Assembly: GCA_965261545.1 (NCBI GenBank)
Contig: CBDHDF010000002.1
Coordinates: 1-64,000 of the forward strand
Direction of reading: 5' to 3'
DNA length: 64,000 nt
Source of the DNA: Bdellovibrionales bacterium
GTDB lineage: Bacteria; Bdellovibrionota; Bdellovibrionia; Bdellovibrionales; UBA1609
The position numbers and the translations under genes were made by a program. Below, piece after piece: positions 50,055-59,323 of the stretch. The notes under the pieces are model-generated. The model was not told where the DNA came from and made no database searches. It saw nothing but the letters and a program-made list of their open reading frames with translations. The first letter of the stretch is position 1, and each line of letters opens with the position of its first letter.

Positions 50055-50293
50055 GGTCAACAACAGGTCAACAAAAAGTCAACTGACTTTGAAATAACCC
50101 GAAAGATTCAGAAATATAGACTTAAAATCATAATCTCAAGTTGTGTATTTTCAACTACTTAGAATGAATGAACTTTTGCGACTCCAAGGAAATTTGGAGT
50201 TTTAATGTGTCGCAGCTTGGTCAAAACTACGGTTTATACCCTAAACGGTTGAATTTATTGAGTCAAGCCATGCATCGGCCATCCACGGCCATC
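50055..50293. other. att-like non-coding module, copy 2
   Basis: GTCAAC x3, 17-bp core 50207-50223, CGGCCATC x2. Confidence 0.55.
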
Positions 50294-50403
50294 GTATTAT
50301 TCACAATGAATTCAGCCCTCCATCAAAAGATAGAAACCAACTCTAATTTTTAGCTAAACTTGAAAAACTCCCTGCCATCAATGTAATTCTATGCCGACAT
50401 ACA

Positions 50404-51615
50404 TCAATCAAAAGAGTGACCTCTTATTTTATCAAAAATTTTGTCAAAGGAAAAACCAGAAACAAATGCAGTAATAATTGACAACGCATTTAGCTTTATC
50501 AGATCAATAGGTAGGTCCGGAGATGGAGTTAAATCAGGAAAGATAGGGCCACTAATAATTCCCGCTGATATTAAGTAATAGCTTAATAGGCCAGCAACTA
50601 GGCCTAACACGCACCCATACATTGCACGCCTTATTTCCTGATTACCCTCGGAATCTCCAACTTCGATTTTATTGTACTTCCTTAAACTCATCAATACGGC
50701 ACATAAGGAGCCACTTGCGCCAAGAAAACTCCAGTTTATAACGTTCAACTCTTTTGAATCACAAAATAAAGGCACTAAGCCCATAAATAGAAAAAATAGC
50801 ATAGCAGAGATTGTAAAATAACAGAGGTATTTCAGAAGGGTCGTACCTTCAGCCCATACCATTTGAAAGTTTGCAATATGATCATACAGCGTTTTGACGT
50901 GTGCCCGTAGGCGCTCACCTTTACTGTCAATTTTTTCACAAATTCCAGCCCCTCCTGAGGCTTTAATTTCTTGCTCAATCTTCTCAACTTCGTGTTCAAT
51001 TTTAGTCTTCCATGTATAATATTGGCCCATGTCGTACGAATTATTAGAATCGGAAGCATAGGTGTATAGATCTTCCAGAATTGACTGGGCACTTGATATC
51101 AGTGTATCGAGATCCCAAAAGTCAACAAGATTCTGCCTGAGATTTAAGACTTGATATTCTGTCCAACAATTTAGCCCATCGTTTTCTAATTGATCTACTT
51201 CTTCTCCTAGCTTTTTCTCTTTGAATTCACAGTTTGATGGTAAATCTTTATCTTTAATTCTAGGTTCCACTCTTTTAGCTTCTACAAGCAATGCTTTCAC
51301 AACGCTAGGATCTTCAAGCCTTGAGTCATGGACTTTCATATCAAATTTTGAAACAAGGTAGAGAAGAGAGCCTGAAATTCCACAAACTCCTAAAGGGTAT
51401 CCAAACCTATTTGGGCCAATGCAGCATTCAGCATTAAAAAGAGAAATTATGAAACCGCAACAATAAAATAATACACCAAATACGCCACATATAAATAGTA
51501 CAAATCCCACAATACATACAAACTTACCCCAACAAGAAAAGGCTGGAGGAAAACCACTTGTTGTAAAGCTTGGAGACCAATTCGTAATTTTCCTAATGAA
51601 GCTTTGGCATTGCAT
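50404..51615 (-). CDS. Multi-pass membrane protein of unknown function
   Basis: 403-aa ORF; N- and C-terminal TM bundles (FLGASGS, AFVSGFS) around a helical soluble domain. Confidence 0.7.
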   Translation of the reverse strand: MQCQSFIRKITNWSPSFTTSGFPPAFSCWGKFVCIVGFVLFICGVFGVLFYCCGFIISLFNAECCIGPNRFGYPLGVCGISGSLLYLVSKFDMKVHDSRLEDPSVVKALLVEAKRVEPRIKDKDLPSNCEFKEKKLGEEVDQLENDGLNCWTEYQVLNLRQNLVDFWDLDTLISSAQSILEDLYTYASDSNNSYDMGQYYTWKTKIEHEVEKIEQEIKASGGAGICEKIDSKGERLRAHVKTLYDHIANFQMVWAEGTTLLKYLCYFTISAMLFFLFMGLVPLFCDSKELNVINWSFLGASGSLCAVLMSLRKYNKIEVGDSEGNQEIRRAMYGCVLGLVAGLLSYYLISAGIISGPIFPDLTPSPDLPIDLIKLNALSIITAFVSGFSFDKIFDKIRGHSFD

Positions 51616-51745
51616 TATGAGCTTTATTTAATTGAATCCAAAAAAAATAGCAACCTTTAGCCTTGAACTAGACCATTTTAATAAGATAGAGTTTGAATAA
51701 AATTTAATTAGACTCAATTCGGAAAAAATTATAGGAATCAATAAA

Positions 51746-52144
51746 ATGAATAATGCTGCGCATAATGATATAACTAAAATCTATGGTTATGAGCTGATTT
51801 TGGACATCCATAACTGTAATCCAAAAACATTTAATCGAGACAGTTTGAAAGACTTTTTTGAAACCTTATGTGATGCAATCAAAATGGAAGCTTGTGATTT
51901 ACATTTTTGGGATGATGTTGGCGTTCCCGAAGAAGATCGACAAACTGAGCCTCATGCCAAAGGCACATCTGCTGTTCAATTTATTCTCACAAGTACTATT
52001 GTTATTCATACTTTAGATTTACTTGAAAAAGTTTTTATCAACATCTTTTCCTGCAAAGAGTTTGATAAATCTGTTGCAGAAAAAATTTCAGTCGATTGGT
52101 TTCAAGGACAATGTAAAAACTCCCATTTTATTGAGAGGTACTGA
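51746..52144 (+). CDS. S-adenosylmethionine decarboxylase-family proenzyme
   Basis: GYELILD, GTSAVQFILTSTIVIHT, INIFSCKEFD. Confidence 0.85.
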   Translation: MNNAAHNDITKIYGYELILDIHNCNPKTFNRDSLKDFFETLCDAIKMEACDLHFWDDVGVPEEDRQTEPHAKGTSAVQFILTSTIVIHTLDLLEKVFINIFSCKEFDKSVAEKISVDWFQGQCKNSHFIERY

Positions 52145-52145
52145 C

Positions 52146-53519
52146 ATGAACATAACTGAAAAAGAGATTGAAATTCCCTGCTTCTTAGGAACTAGACATT
52201 TAATTGCGCTAGTAACAGAGCAAGTGACTAAAAGTATGAAATCAAATGAGATTCCCGTCAGATTTGCAATTACAGAAACCACGAGCGAAAGATCGGTCTG
52301 TGAAATAGGAATAATTCAACAACCCAAAGACCAAAAATTCCCCAATATATTTGAGTTCAAAAAAAGAACACATGAAAATACACATACTTTTAATGCTGCT
52401 CTTATTATTCCCACAGGGGTTGGGGCTGAGATTGGAGGACATGCGGCAGATGCAACACCAGTTCTGAAGCTATTGTCTAAAGCCTGCGACAATATTATCA
52501 CACATCCTAATGTAGTTAATGGTTCCGATATGAATGAAATGACGGCAAACTCAATCTACGTTGAAGGAAGCATATTAACTCAACTTATTATGGGGTCAAT
52601 CGGCTTACAGCCAGTCAGATCAAATAGACTCTTAGTAATTGCAGATAATTCTCAGCCAATTTTTGTGAATGGAGCATTAAACTCTGTAAATGCTGCTCGA
52701 GCAATTATGGGCCTTGAAGTTGAAGAAGTAATTGTGGTTGATGATATTTTTCGGATGGTAACTAGGTATTCACCATCAGGAAGAGCAACAGGAATAGTTG
52801 AAAATATAGATGCTCTCTTTAATATAATTGATCAACAAAAGAATAAGTTTGATGCCATCGCTGTAAGTTCTCGAATAAGAGTTCCTCTTAATTACCATAT
52901 GGATTACTTCAAAAGTGAGGGTGATATGGTTAATCCTTGGGGTGGGGTTGAGGCTCTATTGACACATTCAATTTCATTAAAATATGAAGTTCCCTCAGCA
53001 CACTCACCAATGTTTGAATCTGAGTCTATTGCGAATATGGATGCGGGTGTAGTTGATCCACGAATGGCTGCTGAAGCAATTTCCTTATCCTTTTTCCAAT
53101 GTGTTTTAAAAGGACTTCACAAAAGCCCCAAGATAACCACTGAAAGATCATGTATCGAATCAAATGATGTACTCAGCGCAAAGGATATTTCTTGCCTTGT
53201 TATTCCTGATGGCTGTTTAGGGTTACCTACTTTAGCGGCTCTTGAGCAAAGCATTCCCGTGATTGCAGTTGAAGAAAATACTAACCTTATGAAAAACGAC
53301 CTCTCTACCTTGCCATGGCAGAAAGGAAAGTTTTTCAAGGTAAAAAGCTACCTTGAAGCCGTTGGTGTTATGAAAGCAATTCAGGCAGGCATTTCAGTTT
53401 CATCGGTAAGAAGACCCTTCACTAAAGTAGCAACAAAATATCTGAACTGCGAAAAACCCTCTGAGATCAAAAGAGGTGACATTTCAGATTCAGTAAAGCT
53501 CATGTCGGTTAAGAGGTGA
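52146..53519 (+). CDS. DUF3326-family protein
   Basis: LIIPTGVGAEIGGHAADA, THPNVVN, YVEG, GGVEA..TH, AHSP, DPRMAAE; ATG follows the SAMDC stop. Confidence 0.85.
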   Translation: MNITEKEIEIPCFLGTRHLIALVTEQVTKSMKSNEIPVRFAITETTSERSVCEIGIIQQPKDQKFPNIFEFKKRTHENTHTFNAALIIPTGVGAEIGGHAADATPVLKLLSKACDNIITHPNVVNGSDMNEMTANSIYVEGSILTQLIMGSIGLQPVRSNRLLVIADNSQPIFVNGALNSVNAARAIMGLEVEEVIVVDDIFRMVTRYSPSGRATGIVENIDALFNIIDQQKNKFDAIAVSSRIRVPLNYHMDYFKSEGDMVNPWGGVEALLTHSISLKYEVPSAHSPMFESESIANMDAGVVDPRMAAEAISLSFFQCVLKGLHKSPKITTERSCIESNDVLSAKDISCLVIPDGCLGLPTLAALEQSIPVIAVEENTNLMKNDLSTLPWQKGKFFKVKSYLEAVGVMKAIQAGISVSSVRRPFTKVATKYLNCEKPSEIKRGDISDSVKLMSVKR

Positions 53520-53744
53520 ATCTAAGGAATTGCTGAGAAGTTGTGAAGGCTCCCTTAAGACCCTTTAAATTTCCTTTGTCCATTCTTTCACCTTCCACAA
53601 CTACGCTGCAAGCTAAGAATCACGTCGGCACACAATTCTTCAAGTCAATAATTTGTTCCTTGATGCCCTTGCCAACAAAGAAGAGGTTATCAAAGATTAT
53701 ACTTGACCCTGCTAATCAGCAGGAATTTTTACTCAATTTCATTC

Positions 53745-53852
53745 TCAATCCCGAAAGAGAGAAACCACCCGACTTTCCAAGTTCTCGCAAGGGAGAGTAT
53801 AGCTCAGTTTTTTTGTAGCTCCGTCGATATTCACACCAGCAAGTGTTAGATA
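53745..53852 (-). pseudogene. Orphan duplicate of the integrase C-terminus (att-like)
   Basis: YLTLAGVNIDGATKKLSYTLPCENLESRVVSLFRD* versus YLRLAGVNINGATKKLGYSLPCKDLGGQVVSLFQD*. Confidence 0.85.
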
Positions 53853-53936
53853 TCCTAGACTCGAACTCAATTTGGACTGCCTCATATACCAAGTTATACC
53901 AAACTTTTATTTTAAGCCCCCCTCAACAATCAGGCC

Positions 53937-54968
53937 TTATAACTCTTCAAGATCTAATCCTTTTAGATTTGACGCCGAAAGAACACCCCACGTCTCGTCC
54001 TGATGTCTCTTTACCGCCTCCTGAAATTGATGCCAGTCTGTCTCTTGATAATTTCTAGAATTCTTCCATGTGTATTTATCTGTAAATGGGTCGAAACGGA
54101 GCAACTTAACATCACTGCGGTCTTGTAAACCTCGTACATCCTCTTTAACAGACAATTCAAACCACAAGTCTTCGTCATAAAGTGGCAACTTTGTATCACC
54201 GTAGTCGGCCTTCTCAGCAAGTTTTAAGTAACGCCCTATGCGTTCCTCACGTCGTTCATTCGTTTGATCACGCTCACCGATAGCCTCGCTCAAGTCAGTC
54301 AGGAGTTTTTCTTTCTCCATTAAAATTTTCTCATTAGATTTATTGGATCGAGCAAACCGTGCCAGCTTTTCAAATAAATATCCAGCTGCCTCAAGAAAAC
54401 GCACCTTATTATCGACAGCTCCATTAATAAGACGCGGATCCCACCAAACCAACGCAGGCCAATCCGGGTTATGCCCAGCTTCTGCATGCCCAATATTCGG
54501 TAAGACTTTCCTTAAGCCAATCTTCATAGCATTAAAGTCGTCATAGTAACCAATAAAATTCTGGTGTGCCCATGTATCAACATAACCGTGTGCCGCAATT
54601 CCAATACGGTACAAATCCCCCGAAGCAATAGCCATATCCATAGTCTTGTTGGCATTTTCACTGTTAGGGGTCGTACAGAGCCAATGCATTTTGCCGTCTT
54701 TGCGCCACGCTGTTTTACTGAGTGGATCTCCTGGAATGAAGTGGAAAATGGGGTAAATGCGTAGCAACTTCGGCTTCGGCTTGAGAATATTCATAGTCTG
54801 ACTGATATAATTCCTATAGGCGGAGGACTGTCCCTTATCAACCTCAAAAATCATGTCGTTGTTATCAATGAACTGCGAGGAATGCGCTAACACTTGAGCC
54901 CTATCTGGATCCAAGCCTGCCTTTGTAGAAATGAGATAAGTCATATAGTAGTGAAATTCAATATCCAT
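53937..54968 (-). CDS. DUF6765-like protein (zinc phospholipase C/S1-P1-like fold suspected)
   Basis: MDIEFHYY.TY, SQFID, FHFIPG, GIAAHGYVDTWAHQNF, IGHAEA. Confidence 0.75.
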   Translation of the reverse strand: MDIEFHYYMTYLISTKAGLDPDRAQVLAHSSQFIDNNDMIFEVDKGQSSAYRNYISQTMNILKPKPKLLRIYPIFHFIPGDPLSKTAWRKDGKMHWLCTTPNSENANKTMDMAIASGDLYRIGIAAHGYVDTWAHQNFIGYYDDFNAMKIGLRKVLPNIGHAEAGHNPDWPALVWWDPRLINGAVDNKVRFLEAAGYLFEKLARFARSNKSNEKILMEKEKLLTDLSEAIGERDQTNERREERIGRYLKLAEKADYGDTKLPLYDEDLWFELSVKEDVRGLQDRSDVKLLRFDPFTDKYTWKNSRNYQETDWHQFQEAVKRHQDETWGVLSASNLKGLDLEEL

Positions 54969-55003
54969 TAGCTATTCTCCGTGAAATTTCTGATTGGTTA
55001 GTT

Positions 55004-55029
55004 TGGACTTCCCAAAAAAGTGTACACTC
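55004..55029 (+). mobile_element. Possible solo IS3-type end
   Basis: TGGACTTCCCAAAAAAGTGTACACTC resembles IS3-family TIRs; no partner seen. Confidence 0.35.
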
Positions 55030-55187
55030 TCTAAGTGATATTTTGTTTACGCCTGTAGTCAATGGGGCGCGGGTAGTCAAGTGCTGAATGTCTTCGTCGT
55101 ACATTATGCCAAGTTTCAATATATTCAAAAACTAAAACTTGACGAGCACCCAAGTATAGATCCACAAATTAGTTTACTATATCGACC

Positions 55188-56133
55188 TCAATCTTGGAAT
55201 AAAGAAACCACCTGCCCACCCAAATCCTTACAAGGCAGGCTGTAGCCAAGTTTTTTTGTGGCTCCGTTGATATTCACACCAGCAAGCCTCAAATACTCAT
55301 CCGTAGTTGACATCTTACGGTGCCCAACAATCGACATGACTTGAACCAAAGAGGCTCCTTGAGACAACATATTAGTAATAAATGTGGCTCTTAGGTCGTG
55401 AAAGCGAATCTCACTAATGCCCAAGGCTTGGCAAAAATTTCTTAAGACCTGAGCTTGTTCCCCATGCTCCCACTCTTTCAATCTCGGCAAAATAAAGTCA
55501 TCAATAGCGACCGTCTTTTTAGAACGACTGTCCCAAAGCTCTTGTGAATAGCTTTCATTATTAGCTCTGAACTCCATAAGAAGCCTTCTCAAATCATCGT
55601 TAATTGGAACGATTCGATCTTCTCGATTCTTTGGTGGAGCAATACCGTCTTTATTTGTCCACTGCTTATTCACAGAAATAAAACCTGTTTCAAAGTCTAC
55701 GTCCTTCCACCTGAGAGCAAACATCTCTCCAGAACGCATTCCCGTCATCAAAGCAAAAGCCCAAACCTTATAAAATCTATGCTTGCATTTAAAGGCTTCC
55801 TCTAAAAGAATATCCGCCTCTTTAGAGTTTAAAACTTTTTGCTGAATCTTTGGAACCTTCACCTTAAGAGCTATCGCTGGATTTCTTGTAATAACCTCCT
55901 CCTCTAAGGCCATTTGAAAAATGCGTCGAATCATTTTCAGAAGGTTTCTCTGGTAATGAGGAGATACTTTATCACCAATATTTTCAAATATGACTTTATA
56001 AATATCTTGAGCCTTAATCTTCTCAATAGGCAGTTCTATAAAATCTTTAGGAAGCCACTTTTTTAAGCCACCATCATAACATTTCAGAGTTGAGATTTTA
56101 CAAGAGAGTTTCATTCGCTTCAAACACTCCTCA
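55188..56133 (-). pseudogene. Tyrosine integrase, N-terminus removed by ISCR oriIS junction
   Basis: TGMRSGE, HDLR, VGH...TTDEY; first 14 codons of the listed ORF are ISCR sequence. Confidence 0.85.
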
Positions 56134-56377
56134 GGGAATAGGAAGGATAAAAGGTCTTTTTTAGAAATTCGCAAGGCATATCAGTAAAAACTGCAGAGGC
56201 CAGCAAAGACTCCAATAGGATTTTTGGGCTTAGTTGGTGGTTTGGAGTGGTGTTGGGCAAAGTTTGAGGAGAATGGGGCCAGAAAAATATGTTGTTTTAT
56301 GATGTTGAGACGTACCTCTCCATGGACATAGAGGGAGCAGATGATACAGCCTATGCGTCATTCAGGGTAGTCAGAAG

Positions 56378-57883
56378 TTAAGAAAATGAATCGAAGCTCT
56401 CACTTTGTGGTGGGCCTCTAGGAGGCCATAGGCTTGGAGGTTGTGAGGTGATGCCGAGATGAGTAAGAATTTTTTCAATGACCTGAGGGTCTTCAATGGA
56501 AGAAATGACTTTTACTTTTCCACCACACTCATGGCAAGTTTCAATGTCTATGTCAAAAACCCTCCTGAGCCTTTGAGCCCAGGTCATTCCTGAAGATTTT
56601 TTCTTGTTTGGCCTTGGCTCTGAATCTTCCAAATCTAAGGCATCTTCCCTTGAGTCTTCATCGATGGAGGCTTCGATTTGGAATTGAGGGACGATTGAGG
56701 ATCGATATTTGAAATTGGGCGCGAAAACTCCGTGGAATCTTGTGAGATTCACTCGTGGTCGAGGGATAAGGGAAGCAAGACGGCTAAGGAAATCAAGGGG
56801 GTCCAGAACGATATGAGTGGTTCCATTGTCATAGGCAGTTTTGAGTTTATAGACAACTTGGCCCCTGGTATTTAATGAGAGCCTTTCTTCACTGAGGCTG
56901 GGTCTTGAAATATACCGGCATACCCTCTCTCGCTTTTTTTTCTCATGGGCTCTACATGCGACTCCTCCATGGAGGCTAAAGCCAGAATATTTGGCGAGAA
57001 ATTCACTGTTAAAATCTTTACCTCTTGCTGATACAGTGTGAAGAGTCAGTGCTTTTTTCCCTTTGTGAGGACCGAGAGCTATTCTATAGGTGACTGATGA
57101 TCCGTGGACTTGGTCCATACTGTCAGAGGCTTCCATAGCCAGATACTCTTGCCCTGTTTCATCCCTTAGGATGAGTCCCTTTTTTTCTAGGTGCTTGACC
57201 ACTCTATGAGCTATGCTCACCAAGATGTGATCCATTTCACTTTGGGTGGGTGGAGTTATGGGGTGAAAATGAGGTTTACCTTCGGGGAATGTGTACACTC
57301 CATCCAAATACATCATATGGAAATGAATATTGAGATTGATGCTTCCGCCAAAGCGTTGAATGAAGGTAACAGAACCCGCCTTGGCTCCTGATTTTTTGGT
57401 GAGACCAGCTTTTTTGATCAGGTAGGTGGAAATGGCTCGATGAACGATGGCTAAGACCTCTCCCATGACCTTTGGATTTTTGGCAAAGAGGAATCTTATT
57501 TGAAAAGGAAAGCTAAGGACCCATTGTCGTAGGGGTTTTTGGGGAAAAACTTCATCAACTAAGTGAGCTGCACTTTCAGCCATTCTTCTTGCGCCGCAGC
57601 TTGGGCAGAAGCCTCGACGCTTGCAGCTAAAGGCCACAAGCCTTTCATGGTGGCAAGATTCACACTGGGTTCTCAAGAAACCATGGGCAAGAATTCCACA
57701 CTTGAGAAACTCATCGAATTCTTTTTTAACGAACTGGGGAAGGCCATTTTCATGCTCATTTTCTATGTGCCGGTAGAAAGTGAGTAGATTTTCTTGCACC
57801 AATTTGTAAAGGAGAGTCTTTTCAGGGCGGTGTCGTTGGTATTTGGGAGCATTGTTAAAGATATGGGGATCAACAAGGGCCAT
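56378..57883 (-). CDS. IS91-family (ISCR-type) rolling-circle transposase
   Basis: Zn-binding SCKRRGFCPSC, HFH (HUH), RYISRP, RFHGVFAPN. Confidence 0.95.
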   Translation of the reverse strand: MALVDPHIFNNAPKYQRHRPEKTLLYKLVQENLLTFYRHIENEHENGLPQFVKKEFDEFLKCGILAHGFLRTQCESCHHERLVAFSCKRRGFCPSCGARRMAESAAHLVDEVFPQKPLRQWVLSFPFQIRFLFAKNPKVMGEVLAIVHRAISTYLIKKAGLTKKSGAKAGSVTFIQRFGGSINLNIHFHMMYLDGVYTFPEGKPHFHPITPPTQSEMDHILVSIAHRVVKHLEKKGLILRDETGQEYLAMEASDSMDQVHGSSVTYRIALGPHKGKKALTLHTVSARGKDFNSEFLAKYSGFSLHGGVACRAHEKKKRERVCRYISRPSLSEERLSLNTRGQVVYKLKTAYDNGTTHIVLDPLDFLSRLASLIPRPRVNLTRFHGVFAPNFKYRSSIVPQFQIEASIDEDSREDALDLEDSEPRPNKKKSSGMTWAQRLRRVFDIDIETCHECGGKVKVISSIEDPQVIEKILTHLGITSQPPSLWPPRGPPQSESFDSFS

Positions 57884-57898
57884 GGCCTTTGTTGGAAG

Positions 57899-57914
57899 GC
57901 AAATTCAAGGCCAA
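57899..57914 (-). promoter_or_regulatory. sigma54-type -24/-12 motif
   Basis: TTGGCCTTGAATTTGC, same spacing to the ATG as in copy 1. Confidence 0.55.
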
Positions 57915-57976
57915 CTGTACCCAGTAAGTCAGCAATTGAGCCACAAGGTGGGAGAGTTCATCACTGGGTGGTGTCA

Positions 57977-59130
57977 TCACGGCATTGAAAGAGGAGCCCC
58001 ATTAATCAAGGTACTTGAACACTTATCTTTAAAAAACTCTGAATCTTGCCTTGAATCCTTACTTTTTTGGTTTTTTTTGGTATCGGGAGTGGCTATGGGC
58101 GAGTCCACAACCTCCCCCAATGAATACTGCCCTGCGTAATAATGAATCTTCACCTTATCCATCCCAATTTCTATCTTATGCACCAACCTCTTGATAATCT
58201 TAGCTTGAACTTCAGGGTCGCCTCCCTCCCCAAGAACTTTGTTCGCAAGCTCCAAAAAGGACTGGTAACTTTGAAAATCCACCGGCAACTCTTGAAGACC
58301 CACATATCCATTTTTCAGTTCATCAAGCCTTTCCTGAGCCACCTTTTTCGCAGCTTCAAGTTTGGACATCTGTTTAAAAATAAGACTCGCCGAAACATCC
58401 TTTGGCAACTCCCCAAGCCTCTCAGTAAGAGCTTCCAAGTTTCTGCTGTAACCTGACACTTGTAATTGGAGACGCCGAACTTCTTGATGATCCCCACTTT
58501 GATCATGAATTTGTTGAGCCTTTTCAAGAATTTTTTGAACTAAACCTGGATCTTTCGCGAAGCGTCGGAGGTGGTTTAAGACAATCTTTTCCAACTTTTC
58601 CGCAGGAACCCTATGGGGGTTGCATTTAAGAATAGGGGCAGTGGGTGGACCCCTTCTTGCTCGCCCATGAGTGTTCATAGTAGCCGTATTTACGGCGTTT
58701 CCCATGGGCGGACTTGCCACACATGATATTTTTGCAATGGGCACAAAGGGTGAGACCTGATAAAATATAAGGATACCTTTGAATCGTGAATGGTTTCTTC
58801 TTTGAACGATTTTGGTTCAGTATCTCTTGCACCCTGTCAAACTGATCTGAAGAAACAAGGCCCTCCCAAACCGCTTTTACCTCATGCTCCTGATCTCCAT
58901 CCCGATAGGCTCTTACCCCTTTGTAGGCCTTGTTGGTTAAGATATTATGTAGGTTGCCCACGGTGAAAAAATCTAGTCTGGGCCAGCCCCCTCCTCCCTG
59001 CATACAACGATTTAGCTCAACCCCATCTTCATTCAATTTTTTAGCCGTCTTGCTAAGGGTTTCATATTTTAAAAAATATTGAAATGCCGCCTTAACGCTT
59101 TTAGCCCTTTCGGGGTCCACCTCAAGGAAT
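57977..59130 (-). pseudogene. Large serine recombinase C-terminal half, frameshifted near 58650, catalytic domain missing
   Basis: ILTNKAYKG, LVSSDQFDRVQ, LSGLTLCAHC, coiled coil, LVHKIEI. Confidence 0.8.
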
Positions 59131-59323
59131 GAAGAACTTGCTGAACAACAAAGCCCTCTTGACTTTTAGAGGAACTATTAATAGCGCGTCGCGCTAAGAA
59201 AAGTCGCCTGGTAATTAAACTGTTAGAATTGCGTGGTAATGACAGGGAATCCACTCCTTACAGAAAAACTCTTTTTGGGGAATTAATGGAAAACGTAATA
59301 TCCATCAAGAAAGAAGCAGCAAT

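Larger units (their letters stand above)
56134..57914 (-). mobile_element. ISCR/IS91-like element, copy 2 (intact)
   Basis: oriIS-like TTTTATCCTTCCTATTCCC ending 56134; homology to copy 1 ends near 57914. Confidence 0.87.

Noticed and set aside
52023..52145. N-terminal extension of DUF3326
   Set aside because: Overlaps the SAMDC gene; ATG 52146 with upstream GAGG is the better start
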